33,776 nt of DNA from an uncultured Heliomicrobium sp. (GTDB taxonomy: Bacteria > Acidobacteriota > Blastocatellia > RBC074): NCBI GenBank assembly GCA_964383955.1, contig CAYLJQ010000002.1:1-33776 (forward strand), given 5' to 3'. The translations under genes and the position numbers were made by a program. The notes under the pieces were generated by a model. That model was given only the letters and a program-made list of their open reading frames with translations. It was not told the DNA's origin and made no database searches. Below, piece after piece: positions 1-8,943 of this stretch; position 1 is the first letter of the stretch, and the number at the start of each line of letters is the position of its first letter.

Positions 1-64
1 CTGTGCGACGCGGCGGATTATAGGTTCGGCTTCTGCGAAGGCGCAATTGTTTTCTGCGAAGCGC

Positions 65-227
65 ATTTGGAGTGCGACGGCTCCAGCGTCGCTTTGGTAG
101 TCCGCTCCTCGAAAATGCCAATCCGGCAACAAACATTGCCTTTCATTCCAATGAACCGCTTCTTTCGGAAAAGGTGGATCAATGGAAATGACTACCAAAG
201 TGGTGCCAGAGCTACCGCACTCCAAAG
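65..227. repeat. Imperfect palindromic intergenic element (REP/MITE-like) directly downstream of the permease stop codon
   Basis: 11-bp perfect inverted core TTTGGAGTGCG (66-76) / CGCACTCCAAA (216-226) with partly matching extensions. Internal hairpin GCGACG(74-79)/CGTCGC(87-92). The only ORF here (67..453 +) runs antisense into the permease gene and is not credible. Confidence 0.4.
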
Positions 228-231
228 ATGC

Positions 232-1398
232 TTACCCAAGCTGATTTCTAAACCGCCAGGCGCTGATCCCGACCAGCGCAACAGCAAATCCGACCAGCGC
301 CAGCATGTGAATCCAGATGGCTTCGATCCCTGCGCCTTTCAGCAAGATGCCGCGCGCAATCGTCCCAAAGTGACTGATCGGATTGAGCTGCGTAAACGGT
401 TGCATCCAACTCGGCATGGCTTCGATGGGCGTGGTCGCACCCGACAGCATTGAAAGCGGTGGATTGACGAAAAACGCCATCAACTGGGCTTGCTGCTGCG
501 TTTTGCTGAAGGTCGCCAAAAAGGTTCCGATTCCGATTCCCGCCAGCACGCACAACATTCCAGCGGTAAACAGCAACACCAAACTGCCGCGCATTGGCAA
601 ACCGAACACCAGCCAGCCGACCGTCAACGCCAGCACAATCTGCGTCGAAAGCAAAATAAACAGCGGGAAGATTTTGGCCGTCACGATTTCCGCAGCCTGC
701 GCCGGAGTCATCAGCAATTGTTCAATCGTTCCGGCTTCTTTTTCTTTGACCATCGTCGCCGACCCGATGATCGAACCATTCAGCACCAGCAAAATTCCCA
801 GCACGCCAGTGACGATAAACCATGCGCTTTCCAAGCCCGGATTGAACAGCAGCGCGATTTTGGCGACGAGTTTGCCGCGTGCGCTTCCCTGCCCGCCTTC
901 CATTTGCAACGCGACGGCGGGCGTATCTTTTGCGATTCGTTCGTTGAGCGCGGAAATCGTACGCGCAGCGTAGCCACTGGCGATTCCCGCCGTGTTTGAA
1001 TTGACCGCGTCCAGCAAAAACTGAAGGCGCGCGGTTTCGCGGCGTTGACGCCGTTCGGCAAAATCCGAAGGAACGATCAAGCCTGCATCCAGCTTTCCTG
1101 CGCTCAGTGCTTCGCCCAGTTCCGCAGAAGAGCGGAAAGATTCGGCCACAAAAAACGAACGGCTTTCGACAAAGGCCGAAACGACTTCGCGGCTGGCCGC
1201 CGTGTGGCTTTCGTCCACCACGCCCAGCCGCAAATTGGTCACTTCCGGATTCAGCGCGAAGCCGAAAATCAACAGTTGCACCGTCGGCGGCAATATCAAC
1301 GAAACAATCAATTTCTTGTCGGATTTGATCTGCCGCAGTTCTTTCATAAACAGCGGCCACAACCGCCAGCGACGAATTTTGTTGATCAAACTTTTCAT
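232..1398 (-). CDS. ABC-2 type transporter permease (YbhR/YbhS-like)
   Basis: 388-aa ORF. N-terminal TM segment, large extracytoplasmic loop, then five C-terminal hydrophobic helices, as is typical of ABC-2 permeases. GAGG RBS 5 nt before the ATG at 1398. Last gene of the efflux operon. Confidence 0.85.
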   Translation of the reverse strand: MKSLINKIRRWRLWPLFMKELRQIKSDKKLIVSLILPPTVQLLIFGFALNPEVTNLRLGVVDESHTAASREVVSAFVESRSFFVAESFRSSAELGEALSAGKLDAGLIVPSDFAERRQRRETARLQFLLDAVNSNTAGIASGYAARTISALNERIAKDTPAVALQMEGGQGSARGKLVAKIALLFNPGLESAWFIVTGVLGILLVLNGSIIGSATMVKEKEAGTIEQLLMTPAQAAEIVTAKIFPLFILLSTQIVLALTVGWLVFGLPMRGSLVLLFTAGMLCVLAGIGIGTFLATFSKTQQQAQLMAFFVNPPLSMLSGATTPIEAMPSWMQPFTQLNPISHFGTIARGILLKGAGIEAIWIHMLALVGFAVALVGISAWRFRNQLG

Positions 1399-1411
1399 GG
1401 TTCCTCTCGCA

Positions 1412-1452
1412 AGATGCTAGATTTTGGATACTGGGTGTTAGTTCTAGCATCT
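1412..1452 (-). repeat. Intercistronic stem-loop between the two permease genes
   Basis: 10-bp perfect inverted repeat AGATGCTAGA (1412-1421) / TCTAGCATCT (1443-1452) with a 21-nt loop, in the 71-nt gap between the two permease genes (stop at 1470, start at 1398). Confidence 0.5.
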
Positions 1453-1469
1453 AACATCCGGCATCTTCA

Positions 1470-2582
1470 TTAAGCTTCAACTTGCATATGGCGCATCTTC
1501 TTCCACGCCTTCAGAAAGAAAAACGTCCCAACCAGCGCTAACATCAGCGGCGCGTGCCAAACGGCAGGCCATCCGCCGCCGCGTACAAATCCATCGCGGA
1601 CAAGCTCGATGAAATAGCGCGCGGGGACAAAGGCAGAAATCCAACGAATGCCTGCCGGAATGTTCGACACAGGAAAGATGAATCCCGACAGCAGGAACGA
1701 AAGCAGAAACTGCACGCCCGCGACGGCTTGAATTGCGGCAGCTTGATTGGGAATCGAAACGCCGACCATCACGCCGAAACAGACGTTACAGAAAAAATAG
1801 AGTGCTGTGCCGACCAACAGCGGAGTCGGATCCCCCGCGATCTTCAGGTCAAACAGCGGAAAGGCAACCGCCAGCGCCAACACCCATTCGGCCAGGGCGA
1901 TGATGAAAAACGCGGCGATTTTTCCCAGCAGAAATTCATGCGCCGAAATACTGGAAACGTATACCTGCAAGATCGTCTTCTGCTCGCCTTCGCGCGACAT
2001 TGCCAGCGCGGCCAGCAGCGGCGGAAACAACGCCAACACGACGGCGAACGCGCCTGGCCCGATGAACTTCCGGGAAGAAGCGCCGGGGTTGTACCACATG
2101 CGCGTGTCGGCTTTGATTGCGGGTTTCGCGCTTTGTTTGTCACCGGCAATGCTTGCGGCAAAAGCGTTGGTCAACGCCGCCGCCTGCCCGCGCATGCTGT
2201 TGGCAGTGTTGGCGTCAACCGCATCAATCAACCATTGCACTTCGCTCGGTTGGCCGCGCAAGTAATCGCGCTCGAAATTTTCAGGGATCACAATCACGAC
2301 GCGCGCCTCTTCTGCCGCCATCATTTCTTCCGGGCGTTTGTCCGGCACCGACGGCACGATTCGAAATGTCAGCGAAGCGCCAAGCGCATCAATGTATTGG
2401 CGCGACAATGGCGTGCGGTCGAAATCCTGGACAACGACTGCGACTCCTTTGACCGAAAACGACAATGCAGTGCCAAGCAGCGCCAGCAAAATCAGCGGCA
2501 AGACCAGCGCCAGCGCCACCGTCAGTTTGTCGCGGAACACTTGCGTCAATTCTTTGCGGGTTTGAGCGATGATTCGTTTCAT
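1470..2582 (-). CDS. ABC-2 type transporter permease (YbhS/YbhR-like)
   Basis: The ORF track starts at TTG 2588. I prefer ATG 2582, which is preceded by GGAG (GGAGATTGAATATG). The ATPase stop TGA (2585-2587) lies 2 nt before that ATG, suggesting translational coupling. Same topology as the paralogous permease downstream. Confidence 0.85.
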   Translation of the reverse strand: MKRIIAQTRKELTQVFRDKLTVALALVLPLILLALLGTALSFSVKGVAVVVQDFDRTPLSRQYIDALGASLTFRIVPSVPDKRPEEMMAAEEARVVIVIPENFERDYLRGQPSEVQWLIDAVDANTANSMRGQAAALTNAFAASIAGDKQSAKPAIKADTRMWYNPGASSRKFIGPGAFAVVLALFPPLLAALAMSREGEQKTILQVYVSSISAHEFLLGKIAAFFIIALAEWVLALAVAFPLFDLKIAGDPTPLLVGTALYFFCNVCFGVMVGVSIPNQAAAIQAVAGVQFLLSFLLSGFIFPVSNIPAGIRWISAFVPARYFIELVRDGFVRGGGWPAVWHAPLMLALVGTFFFLKAWKKMRHMQVEA

Positions 2583-2584
2583 AT

Positions 2585-4591
2585 TCAATCTCCACTGGCG
2601 ACTTTGCCGTTTTGCCGCGCTTGTTCGACGACGGCGATGAATACATCTTCAAGCGAAAACCGTTCTTGTCGCGCTCTTTGCACTTGAATACCGGCGGTAT
2701 GCAGTCGTTGCGAAAGACGTCTGATTCCGGTGTCTGGCGCATCCTGCACCACGACATGCAACCGGTCACCGAACAGAGAGACGCGCCAACGATCCATTTC
2801 GCCTTTCAGCAAATCCGCCGCGCGTTGCGGCGCGTCGGTGATCAATTCGATCAGATTGTCTGCTTGCGCGGCTTTGATTCCGCTTGGCGTTCCTTCGGCA
2901 ACCAGTTCGCCCGCGACCATAAAGCCCAGCCGATTGCATTGCTCGGCTTCTTCCAGATAGTGCGTAGTGACCAGCACGGCGACGCCGCGATCCGCCAGTT
3001 GATTGATCATTCGCCAGAATGCGCGGCGCGCCAGCGGGTCAACGCCCGAAGTCGGTTCGTCCAGAAACAGCACGCTTGGTTCGTGCATGATTGCCGCGCC
3101 GAATGCCACACGCTGTTTCCAGCCGCCGGGCAATTCGCCGGTTTTCATCTGGCCGCGACCTTCCAAGCCGGAAAATTCCAGCACCCAGCGTTTCTTTTCT
3201 TCGCGCTCTTCAGGCGGGACTTGATACACGCCTGCGAAAAATTCCAGGTTGTCGTTGATCGTCAGATCGTCGTACAGCGAAAACTTCTGCGACATGTAGC
3301 CGATGCGCTGGCGCACGAAGCTGGAGCGCAAGCTGCCGCGCTCTCCGGCAAGCTCCATCTCGCCGTCGGACGCCGCAAGCAAGCCGCAGAGGATTTTGAT
3401 CGTTGTGGTTTTGCCCGCTCCGTTGGCTCCGAGCAGGCCATAAATTTCGCCGTATTTAACTTCGATGTTGACGTCTTTGACGGCGTGAAATGCGCCAAAG
3501 CGTTTGTGCAAATGGCGAGCGCCAATGGCGATTGCATCGGGTTGGCGCTGGCGAAATTCGCGCCGCCGTGGGAATGGGGACGCTTTCATTTCGCCGTTCA
3601 GATCACGAAGGATTGAAACGAACGCGTTTTCCAGTGTTGGCGAACCGCTGCCGATTTCGCGCACTTCAATCTCTGCTTCGCCCAGGGCTTTGCGCGTCAA
3701 CTGTTCACCCTGATTCAAATCGCTGACCATCACATCCAGCCGGTCACCGAACCGCTGCACATCGGCAAGCTCTGAAATCTTATTCAAGACTTCTTCGGCT
3801 TCGCTAAGCTTTGACGCGCGCACTTCCAACCGATGCAGGCCCAGATCGCGGCGAATTTCAGCGGGCGTGCCGATTTGATGAATCTCGCCATCGTGCATCA
3901 GCGCGACGCGTGTGCAGCGTTCGGCTTCGTCCAGATACGGCGTCGCAACGACAATCGTCATTCCGTCCGCTGACAACTGCGCCAGTGTGTCCCAGAATTC
4001 GCGGCGCGAAACAGGGTCAACACCCGTCGTCGGTTCGTCCAGCAGCAACAGCTTCGGTTCAGTGATCAGCGCGCAAGCCAGCGCCAGCTTTTGTTTCATG
4101 CCGCCGCTGAGCTTGCCCGCCAATCGGTCCGTGAAGCGATCCATATCGAACAGCTTCAGATAATGCTGGCCGCGTTCTGTGATTTCGCGGTTTCGCAGCT
4201 TTCGCAACTGGCCGACGTAGCGCAGGTTTTCTGCGACGCTCAAATCCTGGTACAGGCTGAATGTTTGCGTCAGGTAGCCAATCATTGAACGCGCATCACG
4301 CGCCGTTTGACCGTACACCGTCGCTTCGCCGCCAGTCGCCGCCATCACGCCGCCCAGAATCTGAAAGATCGAAGTTTTCCCTGCGCCGTCCGGCCCGATC
4401 AGACCGAAAATTTCACCGCGCCGGATTTCCAGATTCACGCCACGCACGGCTTCCAGCTCACCGTAGCTCTTGCGCAAGCCACGAATATGGATGGCCTTGC
4501 TGGCGCTGTCCGCCATCGCTGTTTCGCACGAACCAGCGACCGTTAAACTTCCATCGAAATAGTTTTGCGTTGCTTCCAGTAGCGCGCTCAT
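2585..4591 (-). CDS. ABC transporter ATP-binding protein with two fused nucleotide-binding domains (YbhF-like)
   Basis: 668 aa. NBD1: Walker A GPDGAGKTS, signature LSGGMKQK, Walker B LLLLDEPTTGVD. NBD2: Walker A GANGAGKTT, signature LPGGWKQR, Walker B VLFLDEPTSGVD. AAGGAGG RBS 6 nt before ATG 4591. Confidence 0.93.
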   Translation of the reverse strand: MSALLEATQNYFDGSLTVAGSCETAMADSASKAIHIRGLRKSYGELEAVRGVNLEIRRGEIFGLIGPDGAGKTSIFQILGGVMAATGGEATVYGQTARDARSMIGYLTQTFSLYQDLSVAENLRYVGQLRKLRNREITERGQHYLKLFDMDRFTDRLAGKLSGGMKQKLALACALITEPKLLLLDEPTTGVDPVSRREFWDTLAQLSADGMTIVVATPYLDEAERCTRVALMHDGEIHQIGTPAEIRRDLGLHRLEVRASKLSEAEEVLNKISELADVQRFGDRLDVMVSDLNQGEQLTRKALGEAEIEVREIGSGSPTLENAFVSILRDLNGEMKASPFPRRREFRQRQPDAIAIGARHLHKRFGAFHAVKDVNIEVKYGEIYGLLGANGAGKTTTIKILCGLLAASDGEMELAGERGSLRSSFVRQRIGYMSQKFSLYDDLTINDNLEFFAGVYQVPPEEREEKKRWVLEFSGLEGRGQMKTGELPGGWKQRVAFGAAIMHEPSVLFLDEPTSGVDPLARRAFWRMINQLADRGVAVLVTTHYLEEAEQCNRLGFMVAGELVAEGTPSGIKAAQADNLIELITDAPQRAADLLKGEMDRWRVSLFGDRLHVVVQDAPDTGIRRLSQRLHTAGIQVQRARQERFSLEDVFIAVVEQARQNGKVASGD

Positions 4592-4763
4592 TGCGAGCCT
4601 CCTTCTCTACCGGATCGCCAGTCCGCTCAAATGTATTCATAGCAGCATCGGGAGTGTTTTCAGTTCCCCGCTTGCTCCAAATATCCGAAATTCCCAACGC
4701 CAAAATGAATACGCATAAACCGATGAATGGCACTCCGATTAAAAGCAAACCGATAATGGTCAT
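4458..4763 (-). CDS. Putative small membrane protein encoded in the low-GC spacer of the efflux operon; 3' end overlaps the ATPase gene out of frame
   Basis: GGAGG (4773-4769) lies 5 nt before ATG 4763. The first ~27 aa (MTIIGLLLIGVPFIGLCVFILALGISD) form one clear TM helix. The ORF has no stop until 4458, giving a 134-nt out-of-frame overlap with the ATPase, so the true extent is uncertain. Confidence 0.35.
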   Translation of the reverse strand: MTIIGLLLIGVPFIGLCVFILALGISDIWSKRGTENTPDAAMNTFERTGDPVEKEARNERATGSNAKLFRWKFNGRWFVRNSDGGQRQQGHPYSWLAQELR

Positions 4764-4933
4764 AATTTCCTCCGATCAATGATTTGGTGTTTTGCAATTT
4801 GACTGAAAACCACATTTCGATCTTCAGCAGAAAATACTCTTCCAATCTGTCATGCGCGAAACACTTGATCAAATGATCATCCGAAATAGAAAAAATTCGT
4901 CGCTCATCAATTCCTAAACCCGATTCCAGCTCG

Positions 4934-6148
4934 TTATCGGTTGGTTGCAACCCATTGATTGCCTTGAACCAGCACTTCGCCGTCGGCAGGCATTCCAGGT
5001 TTGGCAAACCCTTGCGGGTTTGTCAGTTGCAGCTTCACGCCGACGACTTGCTTGATGCGGTCGTTCTGAAAGTACGTGTTTTCCGGCGTGAACGAAGCTT
5101 GCGGATCAATGCGCGAAACCATCGCGTCCAGTGGTTGTTTCGGGTCGGAATCCAGAAACACACGCGCCATTTGGCCTGTGCGCACGCGTCCGATTTCGCC
5201 TTCGGGAATGAACGCGCGCAGATAAACCTGCCCCGGATTCAGGATGGTCAAAATTGCCGTGCCCGGCGAAACAATCTCTCCCGATTCGGCGGAACGCGTT
5301 GCCACCGTGCCTTCAAACGGCGCGATGATCTGCAAATCGTTGCGGTCAGCTTCGGCTTCCTGCAACTGTGCGCGGCTTCTAGCGACTTCGGCTTCGGCGG
5401 ATTGAATGTCCGACTGCGCCTGCAAAATTTGTTGTTCGACGGACGCAGCCTGCGCAGCGCGAATCGCCGGGTTATCCAGATTCGCCTTTGAAGTTTGCAA
5501 CGCACCGCGAGCGGCTTCGACCTGTTTGCGCGCAGCTTCGACAACGGCTTTGTGCGCCACGGCGGCGGTTCGCGCCTGTTCGCCTTCGCGCGCGGGAACG
5601 TCGCCCTGATCGGCCAACGTGGTAAAGCGTTCTTCATCAGCACGCGCCTGCCTGTAATCTGCGTCGGCTTTGGCCAACGAAGCTTCCGCGGAAGCAACGT
5701 GTGCTTGCGCCTGACTGACGCGGCCTTCGGCGTCCACGCGCGCCTGGCTGACACCTAACCGGCTCTGCTCTAGCTGCGCTTGCAGAACGGCGATTTGCTG
5801 GCGCGAGAAGCGTAATTTGGCTTCACTGCGTTCGACGTTTGATAACTCCTGCTGCACGCGCGCGTTGACTTGATCGTCGTCCAGCACGGCGACGACCTGA
5901 CCGGCTTTGACGTGATCGCCTTCGCGGACGGTGATTTCGCGAATGCGCCCGGAAGTCTTGGCCGCCACAATGGCGTCATCGCTTTCAATGCGTCCGCTGA
6001 CTGCAATGATTTCTTTTGGCGCGGACGACTGGCGCAGGAAAAACCACCCGGCTGCCGCTCCGCTGAGTAAAGTAACAAGAAGAATGACGCGAACGATCTT
6101 TTTCTTGTGGCTGATTTTGCTGTTGTTTTCGTTGTTGTTCTTAGTCAT
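4934..6148 (-). CDS. HlyD-family membrane-fusion (periplasmic adaptor) protein, YbhG-like
   Basis: 404 aa. N-terminal TM anchor (IVRVILLVTLLSGAAAGWFFL), long A/Q/E/R-rich coiled-coil hairpin, flanking barrel-sandwich segments (GDHVKAGQVVAVLDD ... IIAPFEGTV). AAGGAGGG RBS before ATG 6148. Confidence 0.9.
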   Translation of the reverse strand: MTKNNNENNSKISHKKKIVRVILLVTLLSGAAAGWFFLRQSSAPKEIIAVSGRIESDDAIVAAKTSGRIREITVREGDHVKAGQVVAVLDDDQVNARVQQELSNVERSEAKLRFSRQQIAVLQAQLEQSRLGVSQARVDAEGRVSQAQAHVASAEASLAKADADYRQARADEERFTTLADQGDVPAREGEQARTAAVAHKAVVEAARKQVEAARGALQTSKANLDNPAIRAAQAASVEQQILQAQSDIQSAEAEVARSRAQLQEAEADRNDLQIIAPFEGTVATRSAESGEIVSPGTAILTILNPGQVYLRAFIPEGEIGRVRTGQMARVFLDSDPKQPLDAMVSRIDPQASFTPENTYFQNDRIKQVVGVKLQLTNPQGFAKPGMPADGEVLVQGNQWVATNR

Positions 6149-6166
6149 AAGTTCCCTCCTTCAAAT

Positions 6167-6268
6167 GTAGCGCAGGTTTTCCAACCTGCGTTTGACATTG
6201 CCAAATGCCTTCGGTTCCGCAGACGGCTTTTTCATTCAAATCAGCGCAGGTTGGAAAACCTGCGCTAC
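6167..6268. repeat. 102-nt palindromic element with 24-bp perfect terminal inverted repeats, between TolC and HlyD genes
   Basis: GTAGCGCAGGTTTTCCAACCTGCG (6167-6190) is the exact reverse complement of CGCAGGTTGGAAAACCTGCGCTAC (6245-6268). Each arm is itself a hairpin (CGCAGGTT/AACCTGCG). Confidence 0.8.
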
Positions 6269-6277
6269 CTTTCGGCG

Positions 6278-7990
6278 TTAGCGGCTGGCCAGCGCGACGT
6301 TATTGCTATCCAGTGTGGTAGACATCGCGCGCTGAAGCTCAGCGGCGGCTTTGTTGTAATCGGTCAGCGCCTTCAACTCTCGCCCGCGCGCAGCCGACAA
6401 AGCGTTTTGCCGATCCAGCACGAAGTAGTTTGTCGATTGCCCGGCGTCGAACTTCCGCTGTTCGCTCTGATACTGAAGCTCTGCGTTCGTACGTGAATTC
6501 GCCGCCGCTTCGACTCTGCGCTTGGCGGTTTCGACGGCTTGCAGCGCGTTGCGGACTTCGACTTCGATTTGCTGTTCGGTTCGCTGGCGTTCCGTGTCCA
6601 GCTTTTTGCCTTCGGCCAGTGCGCGACCGTATTGCGCTTTTGCCGTGCGATTGCGCAGCGACAAATTGATCGAAACGCCTACGCGGAACGTGCGATAGTC
6701 GTTGCTGAACATATTGCCCAGGCTCTGCCCGTAATCGCCCAGGAATTTGTCTGGCGTTGCGCCGAAGGAAATCGGCGGCAACGTGGGCAGCCCTGCGAAT
6801 TCGGAAAGCTTGTTGATCCGGTCAAACAGCAGTTGATTGCTTTCGACAATCGGATTGGTTCCCGTCCGCGCCTTGCCCGCCAAGCCAATCGTGCCGTAGC
6901 TGGCAATCAGGTTGATTTCCGGTTTGGTTTGATCGCGAAAATACTGCACATCAATTTTGTTCATCTCCTTGCGCACACGGTATTGCTCCATTTCCTGGCG
7001 GTTGTTGAATGCCATTCGAATCGCGTCATCCACAGGCAAAGCCGGTTCAGGCTTCAATTGCGGTTGTTCGGCAGGAACCAGCGCGGAGTTCCATTGTTCG
7101 CTGCTTCCTGCTGGCAGCATCAACGCCTTCAGGCCGTTTTCGGCGCGCTGAATGGATTCGATGGCGGCTTCGGCTTCATCCACACGGCGTTCGACTTCGA
7201 CGCGGGCAGAAACCACATCCGCCGGAGCCAGCGTGCCTTTCGCAACCAATCGTTCGTTGTGCTCCAGTTGTGTGCGTGCCAGTTCCACCGATTCGCGCTT
7301 GATGTCGGCATCGCGCCGCGCGAAAACCAAATCCCAATACGCGCGTTCCACGCTGGCGATGATTTCTATCGCGCGCTGGCGGAACTGGCTGTCCGAAAGG
7401 TCCAGCCGTTTGCTGGCGATGCGAATCTGGCGGCGTTCGGCATCAATCTGCCGGTTGCGGAAGATTGGCTGCGTGAAATCCACAGATAAGCGCGAAGTGA
7501 ATTGCGGATTCAGCGAATTGAACAGGTTGTCGCTGGTCGCGCGGCTTTGGTCGTAACTGACGCTGACCTGGCCGCCCTGCCACGGCAATCGTTTCGACAG
7601 CGTCGCCGAGCCTGTAAATTCGGTGGTTTGCAGCCGACCGTTTTCACTGCCCATCAGGATCGAAGCCACAGGCGTGTTTTGCCGTTGGTAAACCATGCTG
7701 CTGGTCAACGACGGGTCATAAACGCTTTTGGCAGCGCGCAAATCAAATTCATTCAACTGTGTGTTGATCCGTTCGATTTCGATGTCGCGGTTGTTGTTCA
7801 GCGCCATCATCACGGCGTCGCGCAACGTCAAATTGATCTGTTTGTCGTTGGCAACGCCGACGCGCGGCGCTGGCGTGGGGGGCTGCTGTGCCAGCGCAGA
7901 TGACGATCCCGAAACGGCCAGCACTGCAACAAATACTCCGGATAACCAATTCGCTTTCAGTTTTTCCTGCATCGTGGTTCTTTTAGACAT
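6278..7990 (-). CDS. TolC-family outer-membrane efflux protein
   Basis: 570 aa. Signal peptide ([18 protein letters not shown]). Internally duplicated architecture with long coiled-coil segments and C-terminal motifs typical of outer membrane factor proteins ([15 protein letters not shown]). GGAGGAGG RBS before ATG 7990. Confidence 0.9.
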   Translation of the reverse strand: MSKRTTMQEKLKANWLSGVFVAVLAVSGSSSALAQQPPTPAPRVGVANDKQINLTLRDAVMMALNNNRDIEIERINTQLNEFDLRAAKSVYDPSLTSSMVYQRQNTPVASILMGSENGRLQTTEFTGSATLSKRLPWQGGQVSVSYDQSRATSDNLFNSLNPQFTSRLSVDFTQPIFRNRQIDAERRQIRIASKRLDLSDSQFRQRAIEIIASVERAYWDLVFARRDADIKRESVELARTQLEHNERLVAKGTLAPADVVSARVEVERRVDEAEAAIESIQRAENGLKALMLPAGSSEQWNSALVPAEQPQLKPEPALPVDDAIRMAFNNRQEMEQYRVRKEMNKIDVQYFRDQTKPEINLIASYGTIGLAGKARTGTNPIVESNQLLFDRINKLSEFAGLPTLPPISFGATPDKFLGDYGQSLGNMFSNDYRTFRVGVSINLSLRNRTAKAQYGRALAEGKKLDTERQRTEQQIEVEVRNALQAVETAKRRVEAAANSRTNAELQYQSEQRKFDAGQSTNYFVLDRQNALSAARGRELKALTDYNKAAAELQRAMSTTLDSNNVALASR

Positions 7991-8114
7991 ACCTCCTCCT
8001 TCTCAATCCCAGAGAATGTGCGAGCACACTCGCCCACTTGGAGATTGACGGTTTATAGATCAGATTGTGGTCTGGGATTTCGCACGTTCACCGCGTGCGC
8101 CCTGGATTGGTTTC

Positions 8115-8516
8115 TTACGGAAACTGAATCTCGTCCTCGTTCGTGGCGAATAAAACAGCAATGGCAATGCCAATCGCGATGCCGACGCCAATGGCGATCT
8201 TGGCTCCTGTGGAAAGGTTGTGGCCCTTGATCTTGCCGACCTGTGGATACGTCACCGTGGACGTTCCTTCGTTTCTGGGATTGATGACGGTGAAGGACTC
8301 TTCCCCGGCTTCACTGATAAACCCTTCCAGCCTGGCGTGGTCTTTCAGTTCCAGTTTCACCAGAGCCTTTTCTCCGGTGCCAAGCTTCTGAATCGCGGCT
8401 TTGATCTTGGCCGTTTGCCGGGCAGCCTTTTCCGTTGGCGTTTTAGCCAAAGCGAACACAGCCAGAACATTGGTCAACGCGACGGTCAGAATCATCACGG
8501 TTACTTTTTTGAACAT
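8115..8516 (-). CDS. Hypothetical exported protein with C-terminal glycine-zipper TM anchor
   Basis: I prefer ATG 8516 (MFKKVTVMIL...), preceded by AGGAGGGAG, over the ORF-track start at 8570. N-terminal signal peptide (ILTVALTNVLAVFALAKTP), a small beta-rich core, and a C-terminal GAKIAIGVGIAIGIAIAVLF helix. Confidence 0.7.
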   Translation of the reverse strand: MFKKVTVMILTVALTNVLAVFALAKTPTEKAARQTAKIKAAIQKLGTGEKALVKLELKDHARLEGFISEAGEESFTVINPRNEGTSTVTYPQVGKIKGHNLSTGAKIAIGVGIAIGIAIAVLFATNEDEIQFP

Positions 8517-8566
8517 AACTTCTCCCTCCTTCTCAAGCAGCCTGCGCCGTAGCGACAAACCGCAAA

Positions 8567-8893
8567 TCAATCGTTTTGTTCGTTATTCGGTCTTTCCGAA
8601 TGTATGTCTTCCTCAAAGGAATGGCCTTGCGCGATTTGCTCCACCAAAGCTTTCATCAGGATGTCAGCCGCAATCAGTTCGACGCCTGCCCTGGCCATCA
8701 CCGCCAGCAATCGTTTTCCCGTTTCGCTGACAAACGTTACCTCGCTCAAATCAATTCGGACTGGCAGCAAAGGCTTGCGAGTTGCGACGCCGCGCCAGCA
8801 ACGCTCCAGCTCCGGCGTCCATTCCCCGGCAAGTTTGCCTGCCAGTTTGAATGTCAGCGACCTTTCATCTCCTTGTTCGGTAATCATCAACAT
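8567..8893 (-). CDS. STAS-domain-like protein (anti-sigma-factor-antagonist fold), orphan
   Basis: I prefer ATG 8893 (MLMITEQGDERSLTFKLAGKLAGEW...). The pattern L.GKL....ELE.....PVRIDLSEVTFVSETGKRLL....AGVEL resembles SpoIIAA/RsbV-type STAS domains, including a DLS-V-F-xS-xG segment. The upstream part of the ORF-track call is R-rich and overlaps the preceding gene. Confidence 0.6.
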   Translation of the reverse strand: MLMITEQGDERSLTFKLAGKLAGEWTPELERCWRGVATRKPLLPVRIDLSEVTFVSETGKRLLAVMARAGVELIAADILMKALVEQIAQGHSFEEDIHSERPNNEQND

Positions 8894-8943
8894 GTCATTT
8901 CGCCTTTTTCTACGGCTCCATCTCCTGACACTTGGTTTTTCTT

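Noticed and set aside
67-453. 128-aa plus-strand ORF at the left edge
   Set aside because: It starts inside the palindromic element and continues antisense to the ABC-2 permease. It has no RBS and no motifs.
4660-5007. 115-aa minus-strand ORF spanning the HlyD 3' end and the low-GC spacer
   Set aside because: Its start lies inside the HlyD coding region in another frame. There is no in-spacer ATG/GTG/TTG with an RBS before MWFSV. It also reads through the RBS and start of the better-supported small TM ORF. It may be a decayed gene remnant, so I note it in the findings rather than call it.
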